A stretch of 64,000 nt of DNA from assembly GCA_900316625.1 (NCBI GenBank), contig ONDO01000002.1, forward strand, positions 2,828 to 66,827. Direction: 5' to 3'. The DNA is from an uncultured Lachnospiraceae bacterium (GTDB taxonomy: Bacteria; Bacillota; Clostridia; Lachnospirales; Lachnospiraceae). The translations under genes and the position numbers were made by a program. Each line of letters begins with the position of its first letter. Within the stretch, counting starts at the first letter, position 1. The notes below the pieces were generated by a model, which ran no database searches, was not told the origin of the DNA, and saw nothing but the letters and a program-made list of their open reading frames with translations. Positions 1-9,545 of this stretch are shown here, one piece after another.

Positions 1-338
1 ATCACCGCGATCAGGCAAACAGAGCCTAAAAGGACGGAGCCGATGCGACTCGCCCGGTTGGCATGTGTGGTTTCGTTCATAAGATCTTTCATATTTTCTT
101 CTGCCTTTCTGGTATAACTGTCTTCCGACAATTTTTCTCCGGACAGAAGTTCGTTTATGGAGATATCGAGAAGCTTGCATAGGTCGTCCATTACGGCAAG
201 GTCAGGCATCGATCTGCCGTTTTCCCACTTTGATACGGCTTTGTCAGATAGACCAAGTGCCTCGCCCAGTTCCTTTTGTGTAAGGCCTTTGGCTTTGCGT
301 TCCTCAGAGATGAATTTTCCAATTGCTTCCGGATTCAT
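1..338 (-). CDS. XRE-family HTH transcriptional regulator with C-terminal hydrophobic segment (3' end runs off window)
   Basis: Manual translation MNPEAIGKFISEERKAKGLTQKELGEALGLSDKAVSKWENGRSMPD...IGSVLLGSVCLIAV; RBS GAAAGGAG upstream; absent from ORF track because truncated. Confidence 0.85.
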   Translation of the reverse strand, partial: MNPEAIGKFISEERKAKGLTQKELGEALGLSDKAVSKWENGRSMPDLAVMDDLCKLLDISINELLSGEKLSEDSYTRKAEENMKDLMNETTHANRASRIGSVLLGSVCLIAV

Positions 339-460
339 TTGACTCCTTTCGCCCATCATGTTTTTGCTTCGTAAATGTAGGGCAAATCTCTTCTGTCCTG
401 TGACAATTACACCATGGCACTGCAGCGCTCTGTTATAAACCGCTTAGAAGTAGAATGCGC

Positions 461-498
461 TCTACAAAAGGTTCAGTGGAAAGTCTACTCTCTGTAGA
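461..498. promoter_or_regulatory. Candidate operator(s) between divergent XRE and ABC genes
   Basis: Palindrome TCTAC-tctct-GTAGA at 484-498 and a half-site TCTAC at 461. Confidence 0.3.
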
Positions 499-585
499 GT
501 TTCCCTTTAAACAATGTTACAATGCCAATTTAGATTATTCAATATGATTTGTTACAAGACAGATGGATACTAGTTTTTACGGGGT

Positions 586-2319
586 ATGACTGTGAAGACA
601 TTACGTAAATTTATTTCTTATTACAAACCATATAAGGTGGTATTATTCTTGGATCTACTTTGTGCTGCAGTGATCAGTATTGTAGATCTTGCATATCCGC
701 AGATTCTTAGGATTTTGACCAAGACACTTTTTCTGCAGGATAAGAGCCTTATCTTTCAGAAGATTCCCTATATTGGAATTGGTCTTCTCCTGGCATATGT
801 GATCCAGACGCTCTGTAATTATTACGTTACCTGTCAGGGACATATTATGGGTGCCAAGATGGAACGTGATATGAGACAGGAACTCTTTGAACATTATGAG
901 AGACTGTCCTTTTCCTATTATGACAGGAATAATACCGGTAAGATGATGTCCAAACTGATCTCAGATCTCTTTGATATCTCTGAACTGGCACATCATGGTC
1001 CGGAGAATCTCTTTATCTCAGCAGTTAAGATTGTGGGTTCCTTTATCTTCTTGTTTATGATCAACTGGGAATTGGCCCTGGTACTGGCTGCAACAGTGCT
1101 CGTTATGGCCTTTTTCTCTGTGCGCCAGAATAAGCATATGCATGAAACCTTCCTGGATAACCGCAGGAAGATTGGAGAGGTGAACGCAACCTTACAGGAC
1201 TCCCTTTCCGGAATTCGTGTGGTTCAGGCCTTTGCCAATGAAGAGATTGAGAGGGATAAGTTCATTGCCGGTAATGATGCATTCCTGGCATCGAAGAAGG
1301 AGAATTACCGCGCCATGGGCGTCTTCCACAGCACTAACATGTTCTTCCAGGGACTAATGTATGCCTTGACTCTGACTGTGGGTGGATTACTGATTGCAGA
1401 GGGCAAGATGACAGCCGGAGACATGGCAATGTTTGCTCTCTATATTGGTGTATTTGTTAGCCCTATCAAGATTCTGGTAGAACTTACCGAGATGCTGCAG
1501 AAGGGTATGTCAGGCTTTACACGTTTCCTTGAAGTGGTAGAGACTCTGCCCGAGATTGAAGATGATCCGGATGCGGAAGATATGCAGAATGCCCACGGCG
1601 ATATTGTCATGGATGATGTAAGTTTCTATTACGATAAGCAGGAGAAAGTATTGCACCATGTTTCTCTTACTGTGCCTTCCGGAAGCAGCCTGGCTCTGGT
1701 TGGCCCTTCCGGTGGAGGTAAGTCAACGATCACCTCATTGATTCCTCGTTTCTATGACGTCACAGGTGGCTCGATTAAGATTGGTGGTCAGGATATCAAG
1801 AAGATTCATCTTAAGAGCCTGAGAGAGAAGATCGGAATCGTACAGCAGGAGGTTTATCTCTTTGATGGAACCATTAAGGAGAATATCGCTTATGGAAAAC
1901 CTGATGCCAGTGATGAAGAGATCATGCAGGCAGCAGAGATGGCTAATCTCTCTGCGTTTGTAGATACTTTGCCGAATGGATATGACACCTATGTAGGTGA
2001 GCGAGGGACCCGCCTGTCCGGAGGACAGAAGCAGAGAATCTCCATCGCTCGTATCTTCCTCAAGAACCCTCCGATTCTAATCTTGGATGAAGCAACCTCC
2101 GCGCTGGATAACGAAAGTGAACAGTACATCCAGCAGAGTCTCGAGAAGTTAAGTCAGGGTAGAACAACCATAACGATAGCTCACCGTCTGTCCACCATCC
2201 GAAATGCAGACCATATCGTGGTGATTGAAGACGGTCGCATCACAGAGCAGGGTAATCATGATGACCTCTTGGACCAGGAAGGAACCTATGCTCGCTATTA
2301 TGCCATGTCCCAGAATTGA
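586..2319 (+). CDS. ABC exporter, fused permease/ATP-binding subunit
   Basis: N-terminal TM helices; Walker A GPSGGGKS, LSGGQKQR signature, ILILDEATS, IAHRLST. Confidence 0.95.
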   Translation: MTVKTLRKFISYYKPYKVVLFLDLLCAAVISIVDLAYPQILRILTKTLFLQDKSLIFQKIPYIGIGLLLAYVIQTLCNYYVTCQGHIMGAKMERDMRQELFEHYERLSFSYYDRNNTGKMMSKLISDLFDISELAHHGPENLFISAVKIVGSFIFLFMINWELALVLAATVLVMAFFSVRQNKHMHETFLDNRRKIGEVNATLQDSLSGIRVVQAFANEEIERDKFIAGNDAFLASKKENYRAMGVFHSTNMFFQGLMYALTLTVGGLLIAEGKMTAGDMAMFALYIGVFVSPIKILVELTEMLQKGMSGFTRFLEVVETLPEIEDDPDAEDMQNAHGDIVMDDVSFYYDKQEKVLHHVSLTVPSGSSLALVGPSGGGKSTITSLIPRFYDVTGGSIKIGGQDIKKIHLKSLREKIGIVQQEVYLFDGTIKENIAYGKPDASDEEIMQAAEMANLSAFVDTLPNGYDTYVGERGTRLSGGQKQRISIARIFLKNPPILILDEATSALDNESEQYIQQSLEKLSQGRTTITIAHRLSTIRNADHIVVIEDGRITEQGNHDDLLDQEGTYARYYAMSQN

Positions 2320-2476
2320 CCAGCGCCGCAACGAGGCGAGAGCCGTCCCCTGGCATGTAGGCAGTTACTAGGTACATGACCGTCTATAACAGGGTATAGA
2401 TAAATATTAGTAGTAATCACTCTTAATAGTTCTATAATAGTTACAAGTTGCGTTGTGAAAAATAGGAGGTACTATT

Positions 2477-2983
2477 ATGGATGTTAAGAAACTCACGCAG
2501 TGCGCACTCCTCGCTGCACTTACATTTGTTGTCACTCGATTTATTCAGGTTCCGATTCCCCTGGGATATTTCAATATTGGAAACTGTATTATTCTCCTGG
2601 GATGTGTCTTGATCCCTTCCCCTTATGGCGTCATCGCCGGAAGTCTTGGATCTGCCCTGGCGGATCTTACTTCCTTCCCGGTTTATACGCTCCCGACACT
2701 GGTAATCAAGGCTCTCATGCCCATCGTTTTCTACTTCTTCCTGAAGAAAGGTAAGGAGCATAAGTATGCATGGGGACTTACCGGAGAAATCGTATCCACT
2801 TTGATTCCACTGGTGGGCTATACCCTGGTAGGTGGCTTCCTCTATGGTGGGCTGGTTGCAGGTCTTGCACAGGTTCCCGGACTTCTCCTGGAGTATGCAG
2901 CCAATGCAGTCATCTTTGCTGTATTCCTCAAGCCGATTTTGGCTGCCAGCAAGGCGATCAACAGAGAGTACGCCAATGAGTAA
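2477..2983 (+). CDS. ECF transporter S component (vitamin uptake; substrate unknown)
   Basis: 168 aa hydrophobic; KKLTQCALLAAL...IPLGYFNIG...GSALADL pattern; RBS AGGAGG. Confidence 0.85.
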   Translation: MDVKKLTQCALLAALTFVVTRFIQVPIPLGYFNIGNCIILLGCVLIPSPYGVIAGSLGSALADLTSFPVYTLPTLVIKALMPIVFYFFLKKGKEHKYAWGLTGEIVSTLIPLVGYTLVGGFLYGGLVAGLAQVPGLLLEYAANAVIFAVFLKPILAASKAINREYANE

Positions 2984-3058
2984 GTGACTTCTCATGACAG
3001 CAAAATAGAAAAGAAATAGGAAAATTGCTTGGAAGCTTGGCTTCGGGCATAGTAAAAT

Positions 3059-3096
3059 AAAAGGGTCTTCGGAGAAACAATCCGAAGGCCCTTTTT
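3059..3096. terminator. Rho-independent terminator (probably bidirectional)
   Basis: AAAAGGGTCTTCGGA-gaaacaa-TCCGAAGGCCCTTTTT. Confidence 0.8.
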
Positions 3097-3164
3097 CGAC
3101 GTTTTAGCGAAAGAATACGCCCGGAATACCGGTGACGAACTTAGCTTTGAAAGGAGTTTATGTG

Positions 3165-3683
3165 ATGGACTTTAAGGAACTGGTTACCAAGAGATACTCT
3201 TGTAAGAAATACGATGGCAGACAAATTGAGAAAGCACAGTTAGATGCCATTCTTGAGGCAGGCCGCTGGGCTCCCACAGCGAAGAATACCCAGATCCAGC
3301 GAGTCTATGTCATCCAGTCGGAAGAAGGATTGAAGAAGGTAGATGATATTACTGTCTGCAGATACGGCGCTCCAACGGTGCTTATGGTTTGCTACGATAA
3401 GACCGGAGAATACGAGTATCCGGGGGCGAAGTATCATTCCGGTCCTGAGGATGCAGCCATTGTTGCTACCCATATGATGCTGGCGGCAGCGGATCTGGGT
3501 GTGGAATCCTGCTGGCTCAATCGTTTCGATCCTGACCAGGCCAAGGAAGTATTTGATCTTCCCGAGAATGAAGTTCCGGTGATGCTTTTAGATCTCGGTT
3601 ATGCATCGGAGGAAGCTGCAGGTCAGCCACTTCCCAACCACGCATCCCGCAAGGAACTTTCTGAGACAGTGAAGTATATCTGA
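3165..3683 (+). CDS. Nitroreductase family protein
   Basis: RYSCKKY, AGRWAPTAKNTQ, MMLAAADLGVESCW; RBS GAAAGGAG before ATG 3165. Confidence 0.9.
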   Translation: MDFKELVTKRYSCKKYDGRQIEKAQLDAILEAGRWAPTAKNTQIQRVYVIQSEEGLKKVDDITVCRYGAPTVLMVCYDKTGEYEYPGAKYHSGPEDAAIVATHMMLAAADLGVESCWLNRFDPDQAKEVFDLPENEVPVMLLDLGYASEEAAGQPLPNHASRKELSETVKYI

Positions 3684-3714
3684 GATTTTATTGGAATATT
3701 AGGAGGAAAATCTC

Positions 3715-6237
3715 ATGGCAAAATGGCAGAGATTCAACTATCAACCCGGAACCCCCTTAGGCAGGGATGGACGCCGTGTGACCGGCTGTCAGGAACATAT
3801 TGATCTGTCCAGAAGAGCTGCAGGCGAGGGTATGGTCCTTATGAGAAATGAAGGGCAGGTCTTACCTTTCCCGAAGGGGCAGAGAATTGTCCTCCTGGGG
3901 AAGGCCAGCATCGACTATGTCAAGGGCGGTGGCGGCAGCGGCGATGTTACGGTAGCTTACAGCCGAAACATCTATGAAGGCATGAAGCTGAAGGAAGCTG
4001 AGGGCAAGGTGGCAATCTTCCATGAACTCATGGGCTTCTATCAGGATTATGTGAAGGCAGAATACGCGAAGGGACAGATACCCGGTCTTGTGGCAGAGGC
4101 AGAGATCCCGGACGAACTCTTCGATCGCGCCGCGGCTTTCTCAGATACGGCTGTAGTGTCTATCAGCCGTTTCTCCGGTGAGGGTTGGGACCGCACGGTT
4201 CCCGGCGTTCGCAGGGAGGCCATTGAACTCGATTATGAATCCTACCCTGGCGAGGGATGGGAGCGCAGGATGGCAGCGAAGATTTTCCCGGAGGGAGATT
4301 TCTATCTGACCCGCGAGGAACGTGCCCTCCTTGATCGCGCCAAGGCGGCCTTCTCTAAGGTCATTGTCGTCATGAATGTCGGCGGTATGGTCGATTCTTC
4401 CTGGTTTGGCGAAGAGGGTATTGATGCTGTTCTTATGTCCTGGCAGGGCGGCATGGAGGGTGGTCTTGCAACGGCAGATGTCCTCTGCGGCGATACCAAT
4501 CCGTCCGGCCATCTGACCGATACCTTTGCCGGGAAACTGACGGATTATCCTTCCACGGAGAATTTCCATGAGGATATTAACTTCGCAGAATACACGGATG
4601 ATATCTATGTCGGTTATCGTTACTTCGAGACGATTCCCGGCGCCAGAGACAAGGTGGTCTATCCTTTTGGTTTCGGTCTCTCTTATACCGATTTTGAAAT
4701 GAAGATCGTAGACCTAAGACTGGAGAAGGATGACTGCGAATATGACCTCGAGTGCTGTCTCATGGAAGAAGATGAGATCGAGCAGGAAGCAAATGGAGGT
4801 GGCGGATATAAGCTTGTCTTCCATGCAAGAGTAGAGAACACCGGAAAATGTGCCGGAAAAGAAGTAGTACAGCTCTATGTCGAAGCACCGCATGAGAAGA
4901 TGGATAAGCCGGCAAGAGAGCTGATTGCCTTCCGTAAGACAAGAGAACTTGCGCCGGGAGAAGTGGAGGAATTCGACCTCATGCTTCCCCTTGCACAGAT
5001 GGCATCTTACGATGATGAGGGAAGAATTGCTGAGTCTGCCTGGGTACTTGAGGCAGGTGCTTACCGCTTCTATGTAGGAGCGAATGTAAGAGATAGCAGG
5101 GAGATCTCGAAGAAGCTCTACATTTACGAAGATTCCGTCGTAGAGCAGCTGTCGTCCAAAGCGTATCCGATTCGCCTTACGAAGCGCCTGAGAGCGGATG
5201 GACATTATGACAGGGTGGAGTGTAACAGAACAGCACATGAGGTTTTCTCTGATGCGGATCTTCCCAGACAGGACCCGAGAAAGCTGGAGTCTATCCTGCC
5301 GGAGACTAGATATGTGCGTTCTCGCTGCGCCTTCGGTCAGCCGGAGAATGAGTATCCGACCTTCCTGGATGTGGCAGAGGGACGGATGTCCATGGAGGAC
5401 TTCATCGCGGCTCTCCCCCTGGAGAATAAGTTCTCCATGCTGGGTGGCCAGCCCAATACCGGTGTGGCGAATACCTTTGGTATCGGTAACCAGAGGGAAT
5501 ATGGCATTCCCAATGTGATGACCGCAGATGGCCCTGCAGGCCTTCGCATCAATCCTGAGTGTGGTGTGAATACCACGGCCTTCCCTTGCGCGACCATGAT
5601 GGCCTGCACCTGGAATACGGAACTTGCAGAAGAAGTCGGTCGTGCAGCAGCAAGAGAGGTGAAGGAGAATAATATCGGCATCTGGCTGACGCCGGCCGTT
5701 AATATTCACAGAAGTCCCCTCTGCGGAAGAAACTTCGAATATTATTCCGAGGATCCCTATCTTGCCGGTAAGATCGGTGCAGCAACCGTTCGTGGCATCC
5801 AGTCGGAGCACATCGGCACGGCGGTCAAGCACTTTGCCGTCAATAATAAGGAAACCAACCGTAAGGCCTCGGATTCTATCGTTTCCGAGCGTGCTCTTCG
5901 TGAGGTCTACTTAAAACAGTTTGAGATTATCGTGAAGGAGGCAGAGCCATACTGTATCATGTCTTCATACAACCTCATCAATGGAGCACAGGCCTCTGAG
6001 AAACAGGACCTTCTGACTGGTATTCTCCGTGATGAATGGGGCTTTCAGGGCCTCGTGATGACAGACTGGTGGGGCATGGGCGAGCATTATCTCGAACTCA
6101 AGGCAGGCAATGACGTGAAGATGGGCTGTGGCTATCCGAAACGTTTGCAGGAAGCGTATGAGAAGAATCTGATCAGCGACGAAGAAGTGGATCTTGCAGT
6201 GCGTCGTGTGCTCGAGATGATCCTGAAGTTCGACTAA
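3715..6237 (+). CDS. Glycoside hydrolase family 3 beta-glucosidase, reversed domain order
   Basis: GH3 C-domain motifs first (EGMVLMRN, GGGGSG, VGYRYF, PFGFGLSYT), barrel motifs last (DGPAGLR, GRNFEYYSEDP, KHF, VMTDW). Confidence 0.95.
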   Translation: MAKWQRFNYQPGTPLGRDGRRVTGCQEHIDLSRRAAGEGMVLMRNEGQVLPFPKGQRIVLLGKASIDYVKGGGGSGDVTVAYSRNIYEGMKLKEAEGKVAIFHELMGFYQDYVKAEYAKGQIPGLVAEAEIPDELFDRAAAFSDTAVVSISRFSGEGWDRTVPGVRREAIELDYESYPGEGWERRMAAKIFPEGDFYLTREERALLDRAKAAFSKVIVVMNVGGMVDSSWFGEEGIDAVLMSWQGGMEGGLATADVLCGDTNPSGHLTDTFAGKLTDYPSTENFHEDINFAEYTDDIYVGYRYFETIPGARDKVVYPFGFGLSYTDFEMKIVDLRLEKDDCEYDLECCLMEEDEIEQEANGGGGYKLVFHARVENTGKCAGKEVVQLYVEAPHEKMDKPARELIAFRKTRELAPGEVEEFDLMLPLAQMASYDDEGRIAESAWVLEAGAYRFYVGANVRDSREISKKLYIYEDSVVEQLSSKAYPIRLTKRLRADGHYDRVECNRTAHEVFSDADLPRQDPRKLESILPETRYVRSRCAFGQPENEYPTFLDVAEGRMSMEDFIAALPLENKFSMLGGQPNTGVANTFGIGNQREYGIPNVMTADGPAGLRINPECGVNTTAFPCATMMACTWNTELAEEVGRAAAREVKENNIGIWLTPAVNIHRSPLCGRNFEYYSEDPYLAGKIGAATVRGIQSEHIGTAVKHFAVNNKETNRKASDSIVSERALREVYLKQFEIIVKEAEPYCIMSSYNLINGAQASEKQDLLTGILRDEWGFQGLVMTDWWGMGEHYLELKAGNDVKMGCGYPKRLQEAYEKNLISDEEVDLAVRRVLEMILKFD

Positions 6238-6256
6238 ATCGTTCTGGCATGAAAAT

Positions 6257-6285
6257 AGGGAACTGTGAGGCCTTCACAGTTCCCT
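6257..6285. terminator. Hairpin between convergent genes
   Basis: AGGGAACTGTGA-ggcct-TCACAGTTCCCT. Confidence 0.75.
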
Positions 6286-6315
6286 GTCTATTGCTTATGG
6301 GTGAGATCTTCTTCC

Positions 6316-6933
6316 TCAGAAATCAAGAGCTCCTTCCGGAAGCATATCCCTTAACTTAAGGTAATGCAGAATGGCATCGATGGAGTTCTCGATGCCGAGC
6401 TTGGAAGAATTCAGTACCAGGTCGTAGGCAGCCAGATCATTCCACTTCCTGGAAGAGTAATGGTTATGATATGCCCGACGGGCACGGTCGTGCCTTCGAA
6501 TGGCTGCTCTTGCCTTGGCGCGGTCCATGCCACGAATCTCCGTAATACGATCAATGCGGGATTCCATGTCACCACTGATGAAGATGGTGGAAAGACACTC
6601 ATAATCCTTGAGAACCTGGTTACCGCAACGACCGATGACGACGAAGGATTCTCCGGCAGCAGCCTTCTTCAGGATGTAGTCAAACTGCATCTCGGCGAGT
6701 GCTTCTTCCGGTGCATTGCTATGTCCTCTAACGGTACGGGACAAGAAGGGAAGTTTCAAACGCTCATCATAGCGTTCGAGATTCTTGACATCGACACCCT
6801 TCTCTGCAGCAATGTGATCTAATAATTCGCGATCAACAAAGCCGATGCCGAGGCGCTCTGCAAGCCGTCGTCCGATCTCATGTCCGCCGCTTCCGTAGGT
6901 ACGGCTTATGGATACCAGTAGTTGTTTTGCCAT
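6316..6933 (-). CDS. Cytidylate kinase-like family protein
   Basis: ISRTYGSGGHEIG P-loop variant, VVIGRC, YDLVLNSS; start set at MAKQ after GGGGGTG RBS. Confidence 0.85.
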   Translation of the reverse strand: MAKQLLVSISRTYGSGGHEIGRRLAERLGIGFVDRELLDHIAAEKGVDVKNLERYDERLKLPFLSRTVRGHSNAPEEALAEMQFDYILKKAAAGESFVVIGRCGNQVLKDYECLSTIFISGDMESRIDRITEIRGMDRAKARAAIRRHDRARRAYHNHYSSRKWNDLAAYDLVLNSSKLGIENSIDAILHYLKLRDMLPEGALDF

Positions 6934-7125
6934 AACGACACCCCCTGTAAACAGACTCGTTTTGCTTAATAATATTCTATCACAGAAGAGTCTGAAAATA
7001 CATCGGACATCCGAAAAAGATTCAGATATTTCAAGGGCGAAAGGCATGCTAGAATTTAGCCTGGAATGAAATGACATAAATTAGCCGGGAATTGGCTCTG
7101 GGAATCCCGTGGAAAGTTATTAAGA

Positions 7126-9090
7126 ATGAATATTATTAACGCAGAGAAAGTGAAAAAAGCATATACGGGGAGAGTTCTCTTAGATGAAGCGGATTTCTCC
7201 ATGCAAGACGGAGAGCGCGTTGGAATCGTCGGCGTCAATGGAACCGGTAAGTCTACCCTGCTTAAGATCTTAGCAGGTGTTGTAGAAGCGGATGGAGGTA
7301 AGATCACTCTGGCGAACGGACTCGTCATGTCCTATCTTCCCCAGCAGCCGGAGTTTACACCCGGACAAAGCCTCCTCGATGCAGTTCGTAAGATGGCTTT
7401 CCATAACGTACATACCAACGCTCTCGAGGCTGGTTCTGCCAGTTTTGATGCCCAGGTGAAGACGATTCTGAATCATCTGGGACTGAATGATACGGAGGAA
7501 AGAATTGACCATCTCTCTGGTGGACAGAGGAAGAGAGCAGCACTGGCTGCGGTACTTCTTGCACCCAGTGATGTCCTGCTCTTAGACGAGCCTACCAACC
7601 ACCTGGACATCGAGATGGTAGAGTGGCTGACGGAACGATTGAATTCTTATTCCGGCAGCATTCTTCTCATCACCCATGATCGCTACTTCTTAGATGATAT
7701 CTGTAATCGAATTGTGGAAGTATCTCATGGCCAGATCTATTCCTATGACAGTGATTATCAGGGCTATCTGGAACTGAAAGCCGAGAGAATGCAGCACGAG
7801 GAAGCCTCGGAACGCACCAGACAGAACATCCTTCGCAAGGAGATAGCCTGGATGCAGCGTGGCGCCCGTGCCCGCTCCACCAAGCAGAAGGCTCACATCC
7901 AGAGATATGAGGCTCTTCGTGACCAGGAAGCACCTGTAATTGATAAGAAGATGGAGATGGAATCCATCGGCTCCCTCTCTTCCCGAATGGGCAAGACGAC
8001 CATCGAGATGGAGCACATCAGCAAGTCCTATGATGGGAAGGTCATCCTTCGTGACTTCAGCTATGTCTTCCAGAGAGATGATCGTGTCGGCTTCCTCGGA
8101 CCCAACGGCTGCGGCAAGACAACTCTGATGAAGCTTATAGCCGGACGTGAGATTCCGACATCCGGAGATATCAAGATCGGCCAGACCATTAAGATCGGTT
8201 ACTATGCCCAGGAGCTTGATGAAGACAAGAGCCACGGCATCGAGTACATGGATCCCAATATCCGTGTGATTGACTATATCCGTAATACCGCAGAATATGT
8301 CCGCACTTCGGAAGGCCTTGTCTCTGCATCGAATATGTTAGATCGTTTCCTCTTCCCTCCGGATGAGCAGTATGGCCTGATTGGCAAGCTCTCCGGTGGA
8401 GAGAAACGCAGACTGAACCTCCTTCGTGTGCTTATGGAGGAGCCCAACGTCCTGATCCTTGACGAGCCGACGAACGATCTCGATACCGAGACCCTGGCCA
8501 TCCTTGAAGACTTCCTTGACCACTTCGAAGGCATTGTGATTACGGTATCCCATGACCGTTACTTCCTCGACCGCATCGTAAGTCGTCTCTTCGTATTCGA
8601 AGGCGATGGGAGAATTAAGCCTTATGAGGGCGGTTATACGGATTATCGTCGTAAATGTAAAGCAGAGTCTGACTCTGCAGCAGAAGCAGGTAATAAGAAG
8701 GTCGGAAGTACAAAGGCTCTAAGTGGTACAACTGCTGGAAGTACAAAGGCTCTAAGTGGTACAGCTGCTGGAAGTACAAAGGCTCAAGGTGGTGCAGTTG
8801 CTGAGAATGGACCACTGTCAGAAGAGGCTCCATCAAAGAAGAGCTGGAAGTCAGAACATAAAATTAAGTTCTCATATAATGAACAAAGAGAATGGGATAC
8901 CATTGAGGAAGATATAGCAATACTGGAAGCACGTCTTCCTGAGATTGATAATGAAATGGCGGCGAATGCATCGAACTTTGTGAAGCTGAATGAGCTGACC
9001 AAAGAAAAGGAAGAGACAGAGCAGGCCCTCGAAGAGAAGATGGAACGCTGGGAATACCTGTCAGAGATCTACGAAAAGATGAACAATTAG
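7126..9090 (+). CDS. ABC-F family ATPase (Uup/YfmR-like) with C-terminal coiled coil
   Basis: Two NBDs (GVNGTGKS, GPNGCGKT; LDEPTN twice), no TM segments, RGARARSTKQKA linker. Confidence 0.92.
   Translation: MNIINAEKVKKAYTGRVLLDEADFSMQDGERVGIVGVNGTGKSTLLKILAGVVEADGGKITLANGLVMSYLPQQPEFTPGQSLLDAVRKMAFHNVHTNALEAGSASFDAQVKTILNHLGLNDTEERIDHLSGGQRKRAALAAVLLAPSDVLLLDEPTNHLDIEMVEWLTERLNSYSGSILLITHDRYFLDDICNRIVEVSHGQIYSYDSDYQGYLELKAERMQHEEASERTRQNILRKEIAWMQRGARARSTKQKAHIQRYEALRDQEAPVIDKKMEMESIGSLSSRMGKTTIEMEHISKSYDGKVILRDFSYVFQRDDRVGFLGPNGCGKTTLMKLIAGREIPTSGDIKIGQTIKIGYYAQELDEDKSHGIEYMDPNIRVIDYIRNTAEYVRTSEGLVSASNMLDRFLFPPDEQYGLIGKLSGGEKRRLNLLRVLMEEPNVLILDEPTNDLDTETLAILEDFLDHFEGIVITVSHDRYFLDRIVSRLFVFEGDGRIKPYEGGYTDYRRKCKAESDSAAEAGNKKVGSTKALSGTTAGSTKALSGTAAGSTKAQGGAVAENGPLSEEAPSKKSWKSEHKIKFSYNEQREWDTIEEDIAILEARLPEIDNEMAANASNFVKLNELTKEKEETEQALEEKMERWEYLSEIYEKMNN
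8704..8802 (+). repeat. In-frame 33-bp tandem repeat x3 in ABC-F linker
   Basis: ggaagtacaaaggctc at 8704, 8737, 8770; GSTKALSGTTA/GSTKALSGTAA/GSTKAQGGAVA. Confidence 0.9.
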
Positions 9091-9127
9091 AAGAGCGTCT
9101 TCTGCTTTTCTTATCGATTCCTGTAAA

Positions 9128-9368
9128 CGAAAAACAGACAGGCGCATCTTGCGCTGTCTGAATTCAAGAGGGGGTCGGTATATAGGAAGGATCTGTAGGA
9201 TGAGGGGGGTAGTAGGGGAAAAAATTACCTACAGATCCGTTTTTTGACTGTTTGTATGAAGCACGATCACATAATGTAGAAAGAACTGCGATAGATGCTT
9301 CCGTAGTAAGAAATGAGCTTTACTACTTTTTTCTGAATTGTTTCACTTAAATTATCTCCTTGAAACTA
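9128..9368 (-). ncRNA. Candidate small RNA with several hairpins and its own terminator
   Basis: Minus-strand TATAGT at 9379-9374; three stem-loops with pyrimidine-rich loops; terminator CAGACAGCGC-aagat-GCGCCTGTCTG-TTTTT; no ORF except a 7-codon one. Confidence 0.5.
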
Positions 9369-9545
9369 GATAAACTATACAGCCATTTTTGGTTTCCTTC
9401 TTGCCAAATCGGGACAAAAAGTAGCCAAATCTTGCGGAAAATGAAAAATAGTCATATGATCTGGTGTAGTAAATCAGTACTTTGCTAAACGAAAACATTT
9501 TCGTGGTTTATTCGCAAATTTCGCCAAAAGTTAACGAGGAGTAGT

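Noticed and set aside
157-342. 61-aa plus-strand ORF
   Set aside because: Antisense shadow of the XRE regulator on the minus strand
2320-2476. Vitamin riboswitch upstream of the ECF S component
   Set aside because: Only two small hairpins; no TPP, FMN, THF, cobalamin or preQ1 consensus recognised
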